Part shown: positions 37,393 through 47,004 of the stretch, piece after piece
How positions within the stretch are numbered: position 1 is the stretch's first letter
How the letters are laid out: each line of letters opens with the position of its first letter
Source: Candidatus Gugararchaeum adminiculabundum
Lineage (GTDB): Archaea > Micrarchaeota > Micrarchaeia > Burarchaeales > Gugararchaeaceae
DNA: 64,000 bases
Assembly: GCA_902384795.1 (NCBI GenBank)
Contig: CABMDC010000012.1
Location: forward strand, 71,970-135,969
Direction: 5' to 3'
Program-made: the position numbers and the translations under genes
The notes under the pieces: model-generated
The model's input: only the letters and a program-made list of their open reading frames with translations
Databases searched by the model: none
Told to the model about the DNA's origin: nothing

Positions 37393-38340
37393 TTAGACGA
37401 GATTGAATGTCACTAGCACATTTGTCCAGTCAACTGAAGAGCGCACTGTCCCTTCCTGAAGCAGAATATAGGGATTGACTCTTGGCGCATCCAGCATGCC
37501 CACGCCCATATCTTTGGGAAGCCTTACTTCGAAATGGAACATTGGGCGGAGATTTTTTGCATTGCCGCTGTTTCCTGTTTTTTGCAATGGAGTGTCAACT
37601 GTGACTTCCTGCCCCTCGGCCGCCAGATTTTCGCCAGCATGCAGGTAGCGGGTGTGGAGGATTCCCTGGATGGGCCCCGCATCGGTGTAAACAGTGACCA
37701 CTGAATCATGATTTACATTTATGTAGTAGCCTGCGTCGGCATCAAAGTGTGCATGGCGCACTTCTCCATCGCGCGCTGCAAAAACTAAGTCGCCTTTTGT
37801 GAGCGCCCAGTCAACTCCTGAATGGGTTTTGCCCTTCCCGGCCCAGGGGCGCGGGCGGCCATAGGCGCCGGTGCGCGAGAGCGGCGGCTTGTCCATGTTC
37901 ATGTCAAAAATTCCTGCATTGAAAAAATCCGGGTTGAATCCACGCGCAGGGAGGATTAGCTTGGGATCTGAAACAATGGTCAAATTGCCGTCGCCTGTGA
38001 GCGAAACTTCACGCTTTGCCAGCATGGTGAACGCCTGGGCATATTCACTTTCTTGCAGGGAATGGCTCGAATCAAGAAGAGGATCGTTTATCATGGGCTG
38101 GTGCGATTTTTCAAGTGAAACCACGAATTTTATTTCAGGCTGTTTTGTTTTTTCGTTTATGCAGATTAGCTGGAGGATTTTTGCATCAGTGACTTCTGGA
38201 AATTCGTTTTTTTCATATTTGCCCATGAATAGGCGGCAAAACTCCAGGGAAGGCGCCGTGGAAAGAAGGGAAATGACATTGGCGCCCGGAGTTTTTCCGA
38301 GAAAATTTCTTGCTGGTGTTGGGTTTTTCAAAATTGCCAT
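37393..38340 (-). CDS. M23 family metallopeptidase (LytM/lysostaphin-like domain), no signal peptide evident
   Basis: HSGVDWA...GDLVFAARDGEV...AGYYINVNHD...TRYLHAGENL...QKTGNSGNA...HFEV reproduces the HxxxD and HxH M23 motif series. Confidence 0.65.
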   Translation of the reverse strand: MAILKNPTPARNFLGKTPGANVISLLSTAPSLEFCRLFMGKYEKNEFPEVTDAKILQLICINEKTKQPEIKFVVSLEKSHQPMINDPLLDSSHSLQESEYAQAFTMLAKREVSLTGDGNLTIVSDPKLILPARGFNPDFFNAGIFDMNMDKPPLSRTGAYGRPRPWAGKGKTHSGVDWALTKGDLVFAARDGEVRHAHFDADAGYYINVNHDSVVTVYTDAGPIQGILHTRYLHAGENLAAEGQEVTVDTPLQKTGNSGNAKNLRPMFHFEVRLPKDMGVGMLDAPRVNPYILLQEGTVRSSVDWTNVLVTFNLV

Positions 38341-38475
38341 GGGAATTCACTGTTATTAATTATGTATTAACGAGTATTTAAGCGTGCAGGGATTTCGAAA
38401 CGTTTATAAAGGAAACCAGTTTAAAACCGTGGTTAAGCGACCAGAAAATTAGGCAATACAGAGAGTGTTTAGACC

Positions 38476-39165
38476 ATGTCACCAGTAGCCACTAAAAGTT
38501 CCAGAAGGGAGGTAGTGCCGATCGAGGCGGATTATGCCCCCAGCGAGAACCTTTTCAGGAGCTCCACCGAATGGAGGGCGAAACTTCCCGAGGATGAGGC
38601 CAAGATTTACGATGAGCAGATGAAGGAGCTTGAGCAGCTTTCAGTGCAGCTGAGGGAGCTGAAGGAAGCGCCCCTGGCGATCAGCGAGATGAAAGCGAAT
38701 GAACTCAGCGGGCCCGAGATGCCGGCGGTGATCAAGCCGCCCGCGCCAAACCTGCAGACGCCAAAAGGGCTGGGAGCGGAACTGGGGCCGAGGATAGGCG
38801 CGGCGAAACAGCAGGTTGCGGAGTATGTTTTTGCCCTTAAAATGAAAATCATCGAGCTTGTTGCTAGAATAATGAACGGCGCTTTTGCCAGCAGGAGAAA
38901 GGAGAAGAAAGGCAAGGGGATAAGCGAGCACGGACAGAAAGCCCTGGACCACCTGGTGAGGATTGCGACGGTCCACAATATTGCCATGGAATCAAACGGA
39001 GAAGAGACCATTGATTTCGACATTGCGTTCGGAAAAGCGTATTACGAGATACTTTTCATTTCGCAGAAAGCCGAGCAGGAAGGCCTGGAAGGAAAAGATG
39101 AAAGGAAAAAATACGGCAGGAGATACCAGGATGCGATTGAGAATTTTGCTTCTAAAATTAGGTAG
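38476..39165 (+). CDS. hypothetical protein with coiled-coil segment
   Basis: ORF with ATG start. No family recognised. Confidence 0.45.
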   Translation: MSPVATKSSRREVVPIEADYAPSENLFRSSTEWRAKLPEDEAKIYDEQMKELEQLSVQLRELKEAPLAISEMKANELSGPEMPAVIKPPAPNLQTPKGLGAELGPRIGAAKQQVAEYVFALKMKIIELVARIMNGAFASRRKEKKGKGISEHGQKALDHLVRIATVHNIAMESNGEETIDFDIAFGKAYYEILFISQKAEQEGLEGKDERKKYGRRYQDAIENFASKIR

Positions 39166-39177
39166 AAAAGTAAACGT

Positions 39178-39966
39178 CTAATTTGTTTTTCCCAGTTGTT
39201 TTGACTTTTTAGCCGCAGCCTTGACCGCCTTGGCGATTGTTTTTTTCAGGTTCTTTTTGTCCAGCACCTTTAATCCTTCTTCTGTCGCGCCGCCCGGGGA
39301 AGCGACCATTTTTATCAAATCCTGCGGGGACAGTTCGGCCTCAAGGAGCATTTTTCCTGCGCCTATTGCAGTCTGCGCGGCGAGCTTCAATGCGGTTGCC
39401 CGGTCAAGCCCCAGCTCAACCGCCTGCTCAACCATTCCGTCCACGAACAAATAGAAAAATGCAGGCCCGCAGCCGCTCAGGCCTGTGACCGCATCAAGCA
39501 ATTTCTCATCCACGGGCAGGCAGATTCCTGCCGAGGAAAAAATCTGCTCGACCAATTTCGCATCCTCTTCCTTTGCTTTTTTTCCGAGCGAATAGGCGGC
39601 CGCGCCTGCACCGACCATGAGCGGGGTGTTGGGCATTACGCGCACAATTTTCGCCCTGGGCATCTTTGATTGCAGAAGTTTCAGCTTGATTCCTGCTGCA
39701 ATTGAGATGATTAATTTTCCCTCGGAAGCTCCGGAAATTTCATCGAGCAGGGAATTTATGTCCGCTGGCTTTACTGCGAGAATTGCCACATCGTTCTGGC
39801 TTACGCATTCGGAATTGTTTGTTGAAACCGCTATGCCACGCGAGCGCAATAGTTCTGTCTTGTGGCCTTCCTTGTCAGTGACGGTTACGTCGAATCCGCC
39901 CTTTTCCCTGAGCGCTGTTGCGAGCGCGCTGCCCATTCTTCCTGAACCTATGATTCCTACACGCAT
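39178..39966 (-). CDS. proC: pyrroline-5-carboxylate reductase
   Basis: MRVGIIGSGRMGSALA (Rossmann), RVMPNTP, GCGPAFF and MVASPGGATEEG are P5CR motifs. Confidence 0.8.
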   Translation of the reverse strand: MRVGIIGSGRMGSALATALREKGGFDVTVTDKEGHKTELLRSRGIAVSTNNSECVSQNDVAILAVKPADINSLLDEISGASEGKLIISIAAGIKLKLLQSKMPRAKIVRVMPNTPLMVGAGAAAYSLGKKAKEEDAKLVEQIFSSAGICLPVDEKLLDAVTGLSGCGPAFFYLFVDGMVEQAVELGLDRATALKLAAQTAIGAGKMLLEAELSPQDLIKMVASPGGATEEGLKVLDKKNLKKTIAKAVKAAAKKSKQLGKTN

Positions 39967-40039
39967 GAGAACACCAGAGCCGATTTCACAGGCAATATAT
40001 TAAATACTTTTAAATACCTCCTTTGGCAAATCGACACTC

Positions 40040-40720
40040 ATGGCGACTCGGAAAAGGAGTGCAAGAACAGGAAAAACCGGAATGAAGAAGGGCGAAGAAT
40101 CAGAGAAAACACTAATGCTCGTTGAAACCGAAGCCAAGGACATTGTTGGAATTGAGGATATCAGGAAACTCAAGCAGGCGAGCCAGAAAAGAACTGCCCT
40201 GATAAGGAGCACCAATGTTTCGGAGCATGTGATATTGGGAACCATAGTGGACAGGATGATCGCCCGCATTTATGAGAAGAAACGGGTCGGCTTGGACGAG
40301 GTCTGCAAAGAGCTTTCCATAAATGTGAAGCATGGCGAAAAGATTGCGAAGATGCTAGAGGAGAGCGGGCTGGTGCAGATAAATTACCCGTTTTTCACCC
40401 CCTGGAAAACAATGCTCAAGGCAACCCAGGAGAACATAAGGATGCAGAAGAAAATCATGCGCAATGAAAAGACCGCGCAGGTTGCGCAGGAAATCTCAAT
40501 CGGGCTGAAGCAGCACGGGGAAAAGCTCGCGAGCTCGGAAAAGGAGATTCTTGAAAGAATAAGGAGTATAGAGGAGTTTGCAGCCAGTGCGGCATACCCG
40601 GAGCACACGCAAAAAGTAAATGAAAAAATAAGCGAAATCCATGAGATGAACAGGAAGCTGGATTCGCAGGCACAGGAGCTTGAAAGAAAATTGAGGCTTT
40701 TTGCGCCGCCTAGTTCTTAA
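40040..40720 (+). CDS. hypothetical protein, paralog A (winged-helix-like segment plus coiled coil)
   Basis: Shares the segment ...KHGEKIAKMLEESGLVQINYPFFTPWKTML with the gene at 41610 (...KQAERIASMLEESGLVSIRYSLLNPGKTII). A coiled-coil tail follows. Confidence 0.45.
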   Translation: MATRKRSARTGKTGMKKGEESEKTLMLVETEAKDIVGIEDIRKLKQASQKRTALIRSTNVSEHVILGTIVDRMIARIYEKKRVGLDEVCKELSINVKHGEKIAKMLEESGLVQINYPFFTPWKTMLKATQENIRMQKKIMRNEKTAQVAQEISIGLKQHGEKLASSEKEILERIRSIEEFAASAAYPEHTQKVNEKISEIHEMNRKLDSQAQELERKLRLFAPPSS

Positions 40721-40752
40721 GGTTTATAAATCAGCCCGCCGAATTGTTTCCC

Positions 40753-41625
40753 ATGGAAAATGCAGCCGATGTGCTCTCAAGCATATACTATGATTACATG
40801 CAGAACAAGCTCGGCAAGGGCAACCCGATTGAGAAGGCAGTGGAACAGCTGATGTTTGATTTCGGCGGAAAGGATGTAGATGGGCTGGCAGTTTATGCGA
40901 TTCCTGCCGGGGGCAAAACCCAGTTTAGGTGCGTGACCCTGGACAAAAAAGGGGCGCCGGACCAGAAGGAACAGAAAGAACTGGATGAGTTCATAAAAAA
41001 AAGCAAACCGACCGGCCCTGTCTATTTCATCAGCATGCTCAAGAAAAAAAATGTCAAGAATATGCCGCTTAACCTTGATGAAAAACTCGAGGGCGGAAGG
41101 GGCAACATCATATGCTCTGCAGTGAAAATTTACGGAGAAGCCGGCGCTGGCGAGCTGAAAAAACTCGCACTGGAAAAATTTGAGAGCAAGGCTGCGACCT
41201 GGATCGCGCTCCAGGAATTTTCGCGCTACACCCACCACATGCAGATGATGGACAGGATTTTGGGCGGGCATTTCATCACGGTGCCGGTGGTGAACATGCC
41301 TAAGAAGGAAGCGTTCAATGCCGTTTTCTGGGGAAGGATTGATGAGCGCCCCAATGACAGGAAAAGGAGCATTAGGGTTTATGTGGAGAAAAACGGCTGG
41401 GCTCAGGATGAGGCGCTCAGGGATGCGGTGCAGGAACAATACGGGAAGTATTGCGCCATAGTCGGAGGCAGGGCGAATATCTTTTTCATGACCCCGAGGT
41501 TTATTGACCTGGCAAGCAAGGGGAGAGCAGACGTAATTGATGATGAATATTTCAAGGAATGGGAGACGGTTGACATTTTGACCTGCATGAAGACATCAGA
41601 CCTGAAAAAATGGGAAGACAAGTGA
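40753..41625 (+). CDS. hypothetical protein (about 290 aa)
   Basis: ORF flanked by the two paralogs. No family recognised. Confidence 0.45.
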   Translation: MENAADVLSSIYYDYMQNKLGKGNPIEKAVEQLMFDFGGKDVDGLAVYAIPAGGKTQFRCVTLDKKGAPDQKEQKELDEFIKKSKPTGPVYFISMLKKKNVKNMPLNLDEKLEGGRGNIICSAVKIYGEAGAGELKKLALEKFESKAATWIALQEFSRYTHHMQMMDRILGGHFITVPVVNMPKKEAFNAVFWGRIDERPNDRKRSIRVYVEKNGWAQDEALRDAVQEQYGKYCAIVGGRANIFFMTPRFIDLASKGRADVIDDEYFKEWETVDILTCMKTSDLKKWEDK

Positions 41626-42233
41626 TTGATTTGGTGATAAAGGAAGAAGAGCAAAAAATGAAGACCGTTGTGGACCTGGTCATCGAGTACGTCCAGAAAG
41701 CGGGCGAAGTGACGGTCAAGGAGATGTCCTCGGATCTCGCGCTTAGCGCAAAGCAGGCCGAGAGGATTGCCAGCATGCTGGAGGAAAGCGGGCTGGTTTC
41801 CATCAGGTATTCGCTCCTTAATCCCGGGAAAACAATCATAGTCAGCAACATGGGAAAGGGGAAAGTTAAGGAAACAGAGGGCGGGAACAGGCTCAAGGAC
41901 TGCGTCAATGAGATAGTCTGCGATATGAGGGAGAACGAAAAGCTCCTGCAGGAAACCGAGGCAGTGATTTTGGAAAGGCTCAGGAAGGTTGAGAACTTGG
42001 TGAACAGGGTCAACACCAGCTCAAAAGCGGATAAAAAAGAGATGGAAACCCTGGAAAAAGAGATGGAAGAGATAAACTGCCTGAAGGGAAAGCTTGATGA
42101 CACTGCCATTGACCTGCAAAGAAGGCTCCAGGCATTTGGCGATGACCTGAAGCTGAAGGATGAGACAAAGAGGAAGCATGAGGGGATTGTGGGGAAGATT
42201 GCGAGCCTGGCAGGAAAAATCAGGAGAAAATAA
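41610..42233 (+). CDS. hypothetical protein, paralog B of 40040-40720
   Basis: See paralog A. The ATG at 41610 overlaps the upstream gene end by 16 nt; alternative ATG 41658. Confidence 0.45.
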   Translation: MGRQVIDLVIKEEEQKMKTVVDLVIEYVQKAGEVTVKEMSSDLALSAKQAERIASMLEESGLVSIRYSLLNPGKTIIVSNMGKGKVKETEGGNRLKDCVNEIVCDMRENEKLLQETEAVILERLRKVENLVNRVNTSSKADKKEMETLEKEMEEINCLKGKLDDTAIDLQRRLQAFGDDLKLKDETKRKHEGIVGKIASLAGKIRRK

Positions 42234-42236
42234 AAT

Positions 42237-43199
42237 CTTAGAGAAACTAGAACTATTTTTTCGTGAAGTAAATTTAGCAGCTTAGTTTTCCACTTGGGCA
42301 GAATTTTTCAAGATTGCATTTTTGGTTCCAAACTTTTTTTCAAATCTGAATTTTATTTTCAGATCATTTCAAATTAATTTTTTGGGAATTTTAATTGTAA
42401 AAACGCTTTAGAAAAAAGATTGTTAGCAAAACGTAGAGTATTTTTTCGAGAGTGTTTTTAGCGCGTGGATGCACGGACAGCATCTCGTTTTTTGCCATTC
42501 TTTTGCTGCGAAAAGGCTAGCCTTCACGCGCCAAAGTGTGCTGTTGCTGCGAAAGTTTGCAATTCTACGAACGCGAGCGCGTACGCGCGCGTGCGCGACA
42601 ATAATACCATGATTGCGGATTGCCCCTCGTAAAATGGGAAGAGATGAAATTGCCGGAAAATGCAAAAAATTGGTTGGTTCGCATGCTGGTAAACCGAATA
42701 TTCGGCCGGTTACCGATGCAGTAGAACTGAAAATGAAACGCAGCTGCGCTTCCGGATCGCATGGTTTACCGTAATCATGTTGAGCGGCAAAAGTGGATAG
42801 CGCAAGCCGGCCTGTTTGCGCAAAGTGCCCGGAAGCCTGGGAAAATGCGGATGCAGTGTACTGCAATGATGTGTGGACGGAATGCGGTTTACTTAGTTGG
42901 TGAAAACCCCTCGGAGAAATTGCTGGAAAAAATGAGTTTGATGATTTCGCGGATCAGCGTGAGCGCGCTGGGGAAAATAAATCGCACATTGGAAAAAATG
43001 GGAAAAACTAGGAGGTAAAAAATCATATTGAAAAGATATTGTTAGCTTAGCCAAAAGTTTATTTTCACTGAATTTTTCCCCAATTTTTAGCGCGAATTTT
43101 TAATTTTGAATTTTTTCCAAAAAATTGAATATTACGTAAAAATTACGATTTGACCACAAACTTATTAAATGCCCTTTGTGTTTAACTGTGTGGGATTAG
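42237..43199. other. about 960-bp gene-free region: AT-rich arms with GAATTTTT-type tracts flanking a central part with degenerate direct repeats (GAAATTGCYGGAAAAAATG-like) and a 21-nt alternating purine-pyrimidine run
   Basis: No convincing ORF on either strand. Repeats at about 42641, 42916 and 42990. GCGCGTACGCGCGCGTGCGCG at about 42577-42597. Confidence 0.4.
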
Positions 43200-43214
43200 T
43201 TGAGGGGTGAAGTT

Positions 43215-44225
43215 ATGCGCGCGAGGACTATCATAGTTGCTGTTTTACTTATTGGAGTGTTCCTAGTGGCATTGAGCTACATAGGTGGCATACACTTGAT
43301 TGGAGGGCCGTCCGCGCTCATGGCAGGGGAAAATGAGGGCATTGCGTGCAAAGGGGATGCGCCTGCGGATTTTTGCGATGGAAACGTGGCTAAATACAAT
43401 GCAACCTGCATAGGGGGCGAGTGGGTATTCCAGGAAGATAAATGCTTCATAAAATGCGAAAACGCCAGATGTGTTGCCTACAAATGCGCTACGGACTGCA
43501 GTGACGGAGACGACTCGACCGCTGATGTGTGCAATATTTTCAATGGAAAATGCGAGCATTATACAAAAGTGAGAGCTGAGGGGCAGGCAACTGAAGCCGC
43601 TGGCATAAAGGCGCCGGGTGGAGTGCTTATTTTCCAGCAGGGGGCCGACAATTCCCTGATTTATGGGGACTATTTTAGGCTTGAATTGCTGAAGGTTTAC
43701 AGGCATTTGGGAACAATCGCGGATGACACTGACTATTTTGTCATTGAACTCAGCGCGCAAAATCTGAACAACAGCGAACAGGAATTCAGGCCGCAGATGA
43801 CGCTCGCGGATGGTTCAGGAATTGAGCACCCGCAGCTGGCAAGGTGTGGGAAGGATGGAGGAGAGATTAAGACCGGAAACCTTGACCCCGGGGAAAAGGT
43901 CGCTGGAAAGGTCTGCTTTGGAAGCGATGTGCATAATTCGTTCCCGCTAAGGCTCTATGTGGGCAAATGGTATGACTACGTCCTCATAACAGATGATTTT
44001 GTGAGAATTGAAAGATCGAAAAGAACAACTACAGATCACCGCGGAGGAGGAAGCAGCGGGGCAAGCACGAGCACTGCGGATACAGGAGACACGTCTGATG
44101 CGGGGGAGAATTGGCTGCCGCCAGCGGATGATAGTGGCACCGATAATGGTGGCGGGGAAGTGGTGCCCATAACGCCCGAGCCTTCGGATTCCGAGGGTGA
44201 GCAGTGGCTTCCTGAAGCCGAGTGA
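43215..44225 (+). CDS. secreted/membrane-anchored Cys-rich protein with acidic Gly/Ser/Asp-rich tail
   Basis: N-terminal hydrophobic anchor IIVAVLLIGVFLVALSYIGG and eight or more Cys in CKGDAPADFCDGN...CIGGEWVFQEDKCFIKCENARCVAYKCATDCSDGD. Tail has repeated GENWLPPADD / GEQWLPEAE. SD GAGGGGTGA lies upstream. Confidence 0.5.
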   Translation: MRARTIIVAVLLIGVFLVALSYIGGIHLIGGPSALMAGENEGIACKGDAPADFCDGNVAKYNATCIGGEWVFQEDKCFIKCENARCVAYKCATDCSDGDDSTADVCNIFNGKCEHYTKVRAEGQATEAAGIKAPGGVLIFQQGADNSLIYGDYFRLELLKVYRHLGTIADDTDYFVIELSAQNLNNSEQEFRPQMTLADGSGIEHPQLARCGKDGGEIKTGNLDPGEKVAGKVCFGSDVHNSFPLRLYVGKWYDYVLITDDFVRIERSKRTTTDHRGGGSSGASTSTADTGDTSDAGENWLPPADDSGTDNGGGEVVPITPEPSDSEGEQWLPEAE

Positions 44226-44265
44226 ATGTTGAACATTTTTATTTGTGCGTTTGCCTGTTAATTGC

Positions 44266-45069
44266 ATGGCAGGTGCGGCGGGCATAGGGAAAATAGTGAA
44301 CGAATTTTACGAGTCCTATCCTTACCCATGCCTGCCTCTGCAGAAGCTGACGGATGTCACCGGAAAAATGCATGCGAACGTGATGGAGGACATCCTCGCA
44401 ACCGCGGGCCTGAAATACGGGGATTTGAAGGGAAAAACCGTGCTGGATGCCGGCTGCGGGACCGGGGAGAAATCGGTCTATTTTGCGCTGTTCGGCGCGC
44501 GCGTGAAGGCTTTTGACTTGTGCAACGCTTCGCTGGAAATTGCGCGGAAAAATGCGGGGAAATTCAATGCAAAAGTGGATTTTGAAAAAGCCGATGTGCT
44601 GAAGTACGAGAGCGAGGAGATGTTCGACCATGTGTTCTGCCTCGGGGTCCTGCACCATACGGAAAATCCGCGCGCTGGATTTGAGAGGCTCGCCCTGCTG
44701 GTGAAGCCAGGCGGGACGATTACCATCGGGCTGTATAGCGCGTATGGGAGATTGCTCCATAGGTTTTTTAGGGAGAAAATTGCGCGCGAGGCTGGCAAGG
44801 GGTTTGAGCAGAGGCTGGAAGTGGCAAGGAAAAAAGTTTTTGGAAGGGAATTCAAGAGCGCGCATGAAAAGGCGTTCGCAGCCGACAAGTACGCGAACCC
44901 GCACGAGAGCCATCACACAATTGAGGAAGTGAAGGGCTGGATGAAGGGAAGCGGATTTGAAATGACCGGTGTGCATCCCGAAGTGAAGGGGAACCAAAGG
45001 CTCGCGCAGCTCCAGTGGTTATTGGGAAGAAAGGGCTTTTTCGTGGTGAGCGGCAGAAGAATCAAGTGA
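44266..45069 (+). CDS. class I SAM-dependent methyltransferase
   Basis: VLDAGCGTGEKSVYFA (motif I), then AFDL and VFCLGVLHH (motifs II/III). Confidence 0.7.
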   Translation: MAGAAGIGKIVNEFYESYPYPCLPLQKLTDVTGKMHANVMEDILATAGLKYGDLKGKTVLDAGCGTGEKSVYFALFGARVKAFDLCNASLEIARKNAGKFNAKVDFEKADVLKYESEEMFDHVFCLGVLHHTENPRAGFERLALLVKPGGTITIGLYSAYGRLLHRFFREKIAREAGKGFEQRLEVARKKVFGREFKSAHEKAFAADKYANPHESHHTIEEVKGWMKGSGFEMTGVHPEVKGNQRLAQLQWLLGRKGFFVVSGRRIK

Positions 45070-45151
45070 AACCTAGGCTGCCGGGAATAATTTTTTCACC
45101 AGCAGAATACTGCGGTAACGGTTTTAAACATGGATTGCTCTAAGGGTTAGC

Positions 45152-45691
45152 ATGGATTGGGAGAATCAGGCGGAGATTAAGGGAAAAGACGCTGAGAAGG
45201 AGAAGCTCAAGAAAAGCGTAGCCTCCAGGGGGATTCCGTCCAATGAATCGCTGTACCTGCCTGCGCACTACAGCCCCGAGCTGAGGAGCTTTCAGGATTC
45301 CAATGAAGTTGCCACACGAAATTTGTGGGATTTGGAAGAGGTCGTGAATTTCGTTTTTCCAAAAAAATACCAGCAAAAATACCACGAGGATGCGATGGCG
45401 TTCTTGCTTGTGCTCACCAAAAAAATCACCATGAGCGGGAGTGAAATCCACCAGTTTGTAAAGGAAAGCGGGGCGAGCAAGGCGACATTTTACAATCGTG
45501 TGCTCCCGAGGCTGAAGAGAATTGGGATTATCAAAGTGGAAAGGGTCACGCTGGTGGCGGTGGAAAGCAAGAGGAAATACAGGCCCATGATCATCACCCT
45601 GTCAAAAACTTTTGGCAATTACATGGCCAAGATTGGCGACTCCTGGCTGGCAGCGGTTGATGATGCCAGAAGCAGGAAAGTACGGGAGTAA
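45152..45691 (+). CDS. hypothetical protein (possible winged-helix regulator)
   Basis: ORF with ATG start. The C-terminal half (SGSEIHQFVKESGASKATFYNRVLPRLKRIGIIKVER) resembles a wHTH. Confidence 0.4.
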   Translation: MDWENQAEIKGKDAEKEKLKKSVASRGIPSNESLYLPAHYSPELRSFQDSNEVATRNLWDLEEVVNFVFPKKYQQKYHEDAMAFLLVLTKKITMSGSEIHQFVKESGASKATFYNRVLPRLKRIGIIKVERVTLVAVESKRKYRPMIITLSKTFGNYMAKIGDSWLAAVDDARSRKVRE

Positions 45692-45744
45692 ATGAATAAC
45701 GCTTAGATAAAAAATCAGGAATAAAACAAGTGGGAGTGATTTCA

Positions 45745-47001
45745 ATGGATTTTGAAAAGGAAAAGAACCGGGTATTTGACATAATCGCAAAGCAGAACAA
45801 GTGGAGGGGCGGCGAATGCCTTAACATGATTGCCAGCGAGAACGTGATGAGCCCAGTTGCTACGAAAGCTTATGTTAGCGATTTCATGCACAGGTATGCG
45901 GAAGGATTGCCGCACCAGAGGTATTACCAGGGGACGAAGTTCACGGACGATATTGAGGACATGTGCAATGACTTGGCAAAGAAATTGTTTGGCGCTGATT
46001 TTGCGGATAACAGGGTGATTTCAGGAGGAGTTGCCAATGTGTGCGTTTTCTCTGCCCTAGCAAAGCCTGGCGAATTATTGATGGGCCCCGGAACTCCGGC
46101 TGGCTCACACATTTCGCACGAGAAATTCGGCGCAGCAGGAGTGGTCGCGCTGAATGTGGAGCACTATGAGTTTGATTTTGAGAGGTATGATATTGATGTT
46201 GAGAAAACTGTTGCAAAAATTCGCTCGCTCAAGCCGAAGATTGTAACTCTCGGGGGAAGCGTTATCCAATTCCCGCATCCTGTGCGCGAGATTAGGGCTG
46301 CTGCGGATGAGATTGGCGCGACTGTTGTTTATGATGGGGCGCACGTGCTGGGCCTGATTGCCGGGGGGGAATTCCAGCAGCCGTTGAAAGAAGGCGCGCA
46401 TGTGATGACCGCAAGCACGCACAAGACGTTCCCAGGCCCGCAGGGGGGAATTGTGCTTGGAAAGGGATTGGATGAAAAGAGGCAGAGGAAGATTCAGAAT
46501 AGGATTTTCCCGGGAATTGTTTCAAACCACCATGTGCACCGCTTGCCAGCGATGGCTATTACTTTGCTTGAAATGATGGAATTCGGAAAGGATTATGCTA
46601 AGCAGACTGTGAAAAATTCCAAGGCGCTTGCAGGCGAACTGGACAGGCTGGGGATGAAAGTGCTGATGAAGGAAAGGGGCTTCACTGTCTCGCACCAGTT
46701 TATTGCTGATGTGAGAAATTTTGGCGGAGGAACCAAGGTTGCCGATGCGCTCGAGGAGTGCAACATGATAATCAACAAAAATCTGCTGGCATTTGATGAT
46801 GTGAATAATGCCGCCAATCCCAGCGGGATTAGAGTGGGAACACAGGAATTGACGCGGTTCGGGATGAAGGAAAAAGAGATGAAGCAGGTTGCTGACCTTA
46901 TGGTGAGAGCGATTGGGGGAGAGAATAAGGAGAAAGTGAAAAAGGAAGTTGTTGAACTTAGGGGACGGTTCAAAGAAGTGCAATACTGTTTCAAGGGATA
47001 A
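45745..47001 (+). CDS. glyA: serine hydroxymethyltransferase
   Basis: LNMIASENVMSPV, a PLP-lysine region THKTFPGPQGG and VISGGVANV are SHMT signatures. Confidence 0.85.
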   Translation: MDFEKEKNRVFDIIAKQNKWRGGECLNMIASENVMSPVATKAYVSDFMHRYAEGLPHQRYYQGTKFTDDIEDMCNDLAKKLFGADFADNRVISGGVANVCVFSALAKPGELLMGPGTPAGSHISHEKFGAAGVVALNVEHYEFDFERYDIDVEKTVAKIRSLKPKIVTLGGSVIQFPHPVREIRAAADEIGATVVYDGAHVLGLIAGGEFQQPLKEGAHVMTASTHKTFPGPQGGIVLGKGLDEKRQRKIQNRIFPGIVSNHHVHRLPAMAITLLEMMEFGKDYAKQTVKNSKALAGELDRLGMKVLMKERGFTVSHQFIADVRNFGGGTKVADALEECNMIINKNLLAFDDVNNAANPSGIRVGTQELTRFGMKEKEMKQVADLMVRAIGGENKEKVKKEVVELRGRFKEVQYCFKG

Positions 47002-47004
47002 TGA

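Noticed and set aside
42423-43018. ORFs 42423-42866 (minus) and 42761-43018 (plus) in the gene-free island
   Set aside because: Cys/Arg-rich, no domain-like features, no start context, and they overlap each other. Treated as non-coding.
42237-43199. CRISPR array
   Set aside because: Repeats are degenerate, irregularly spaced and not separated by unique spacers of constant length. No cas genes nearby.
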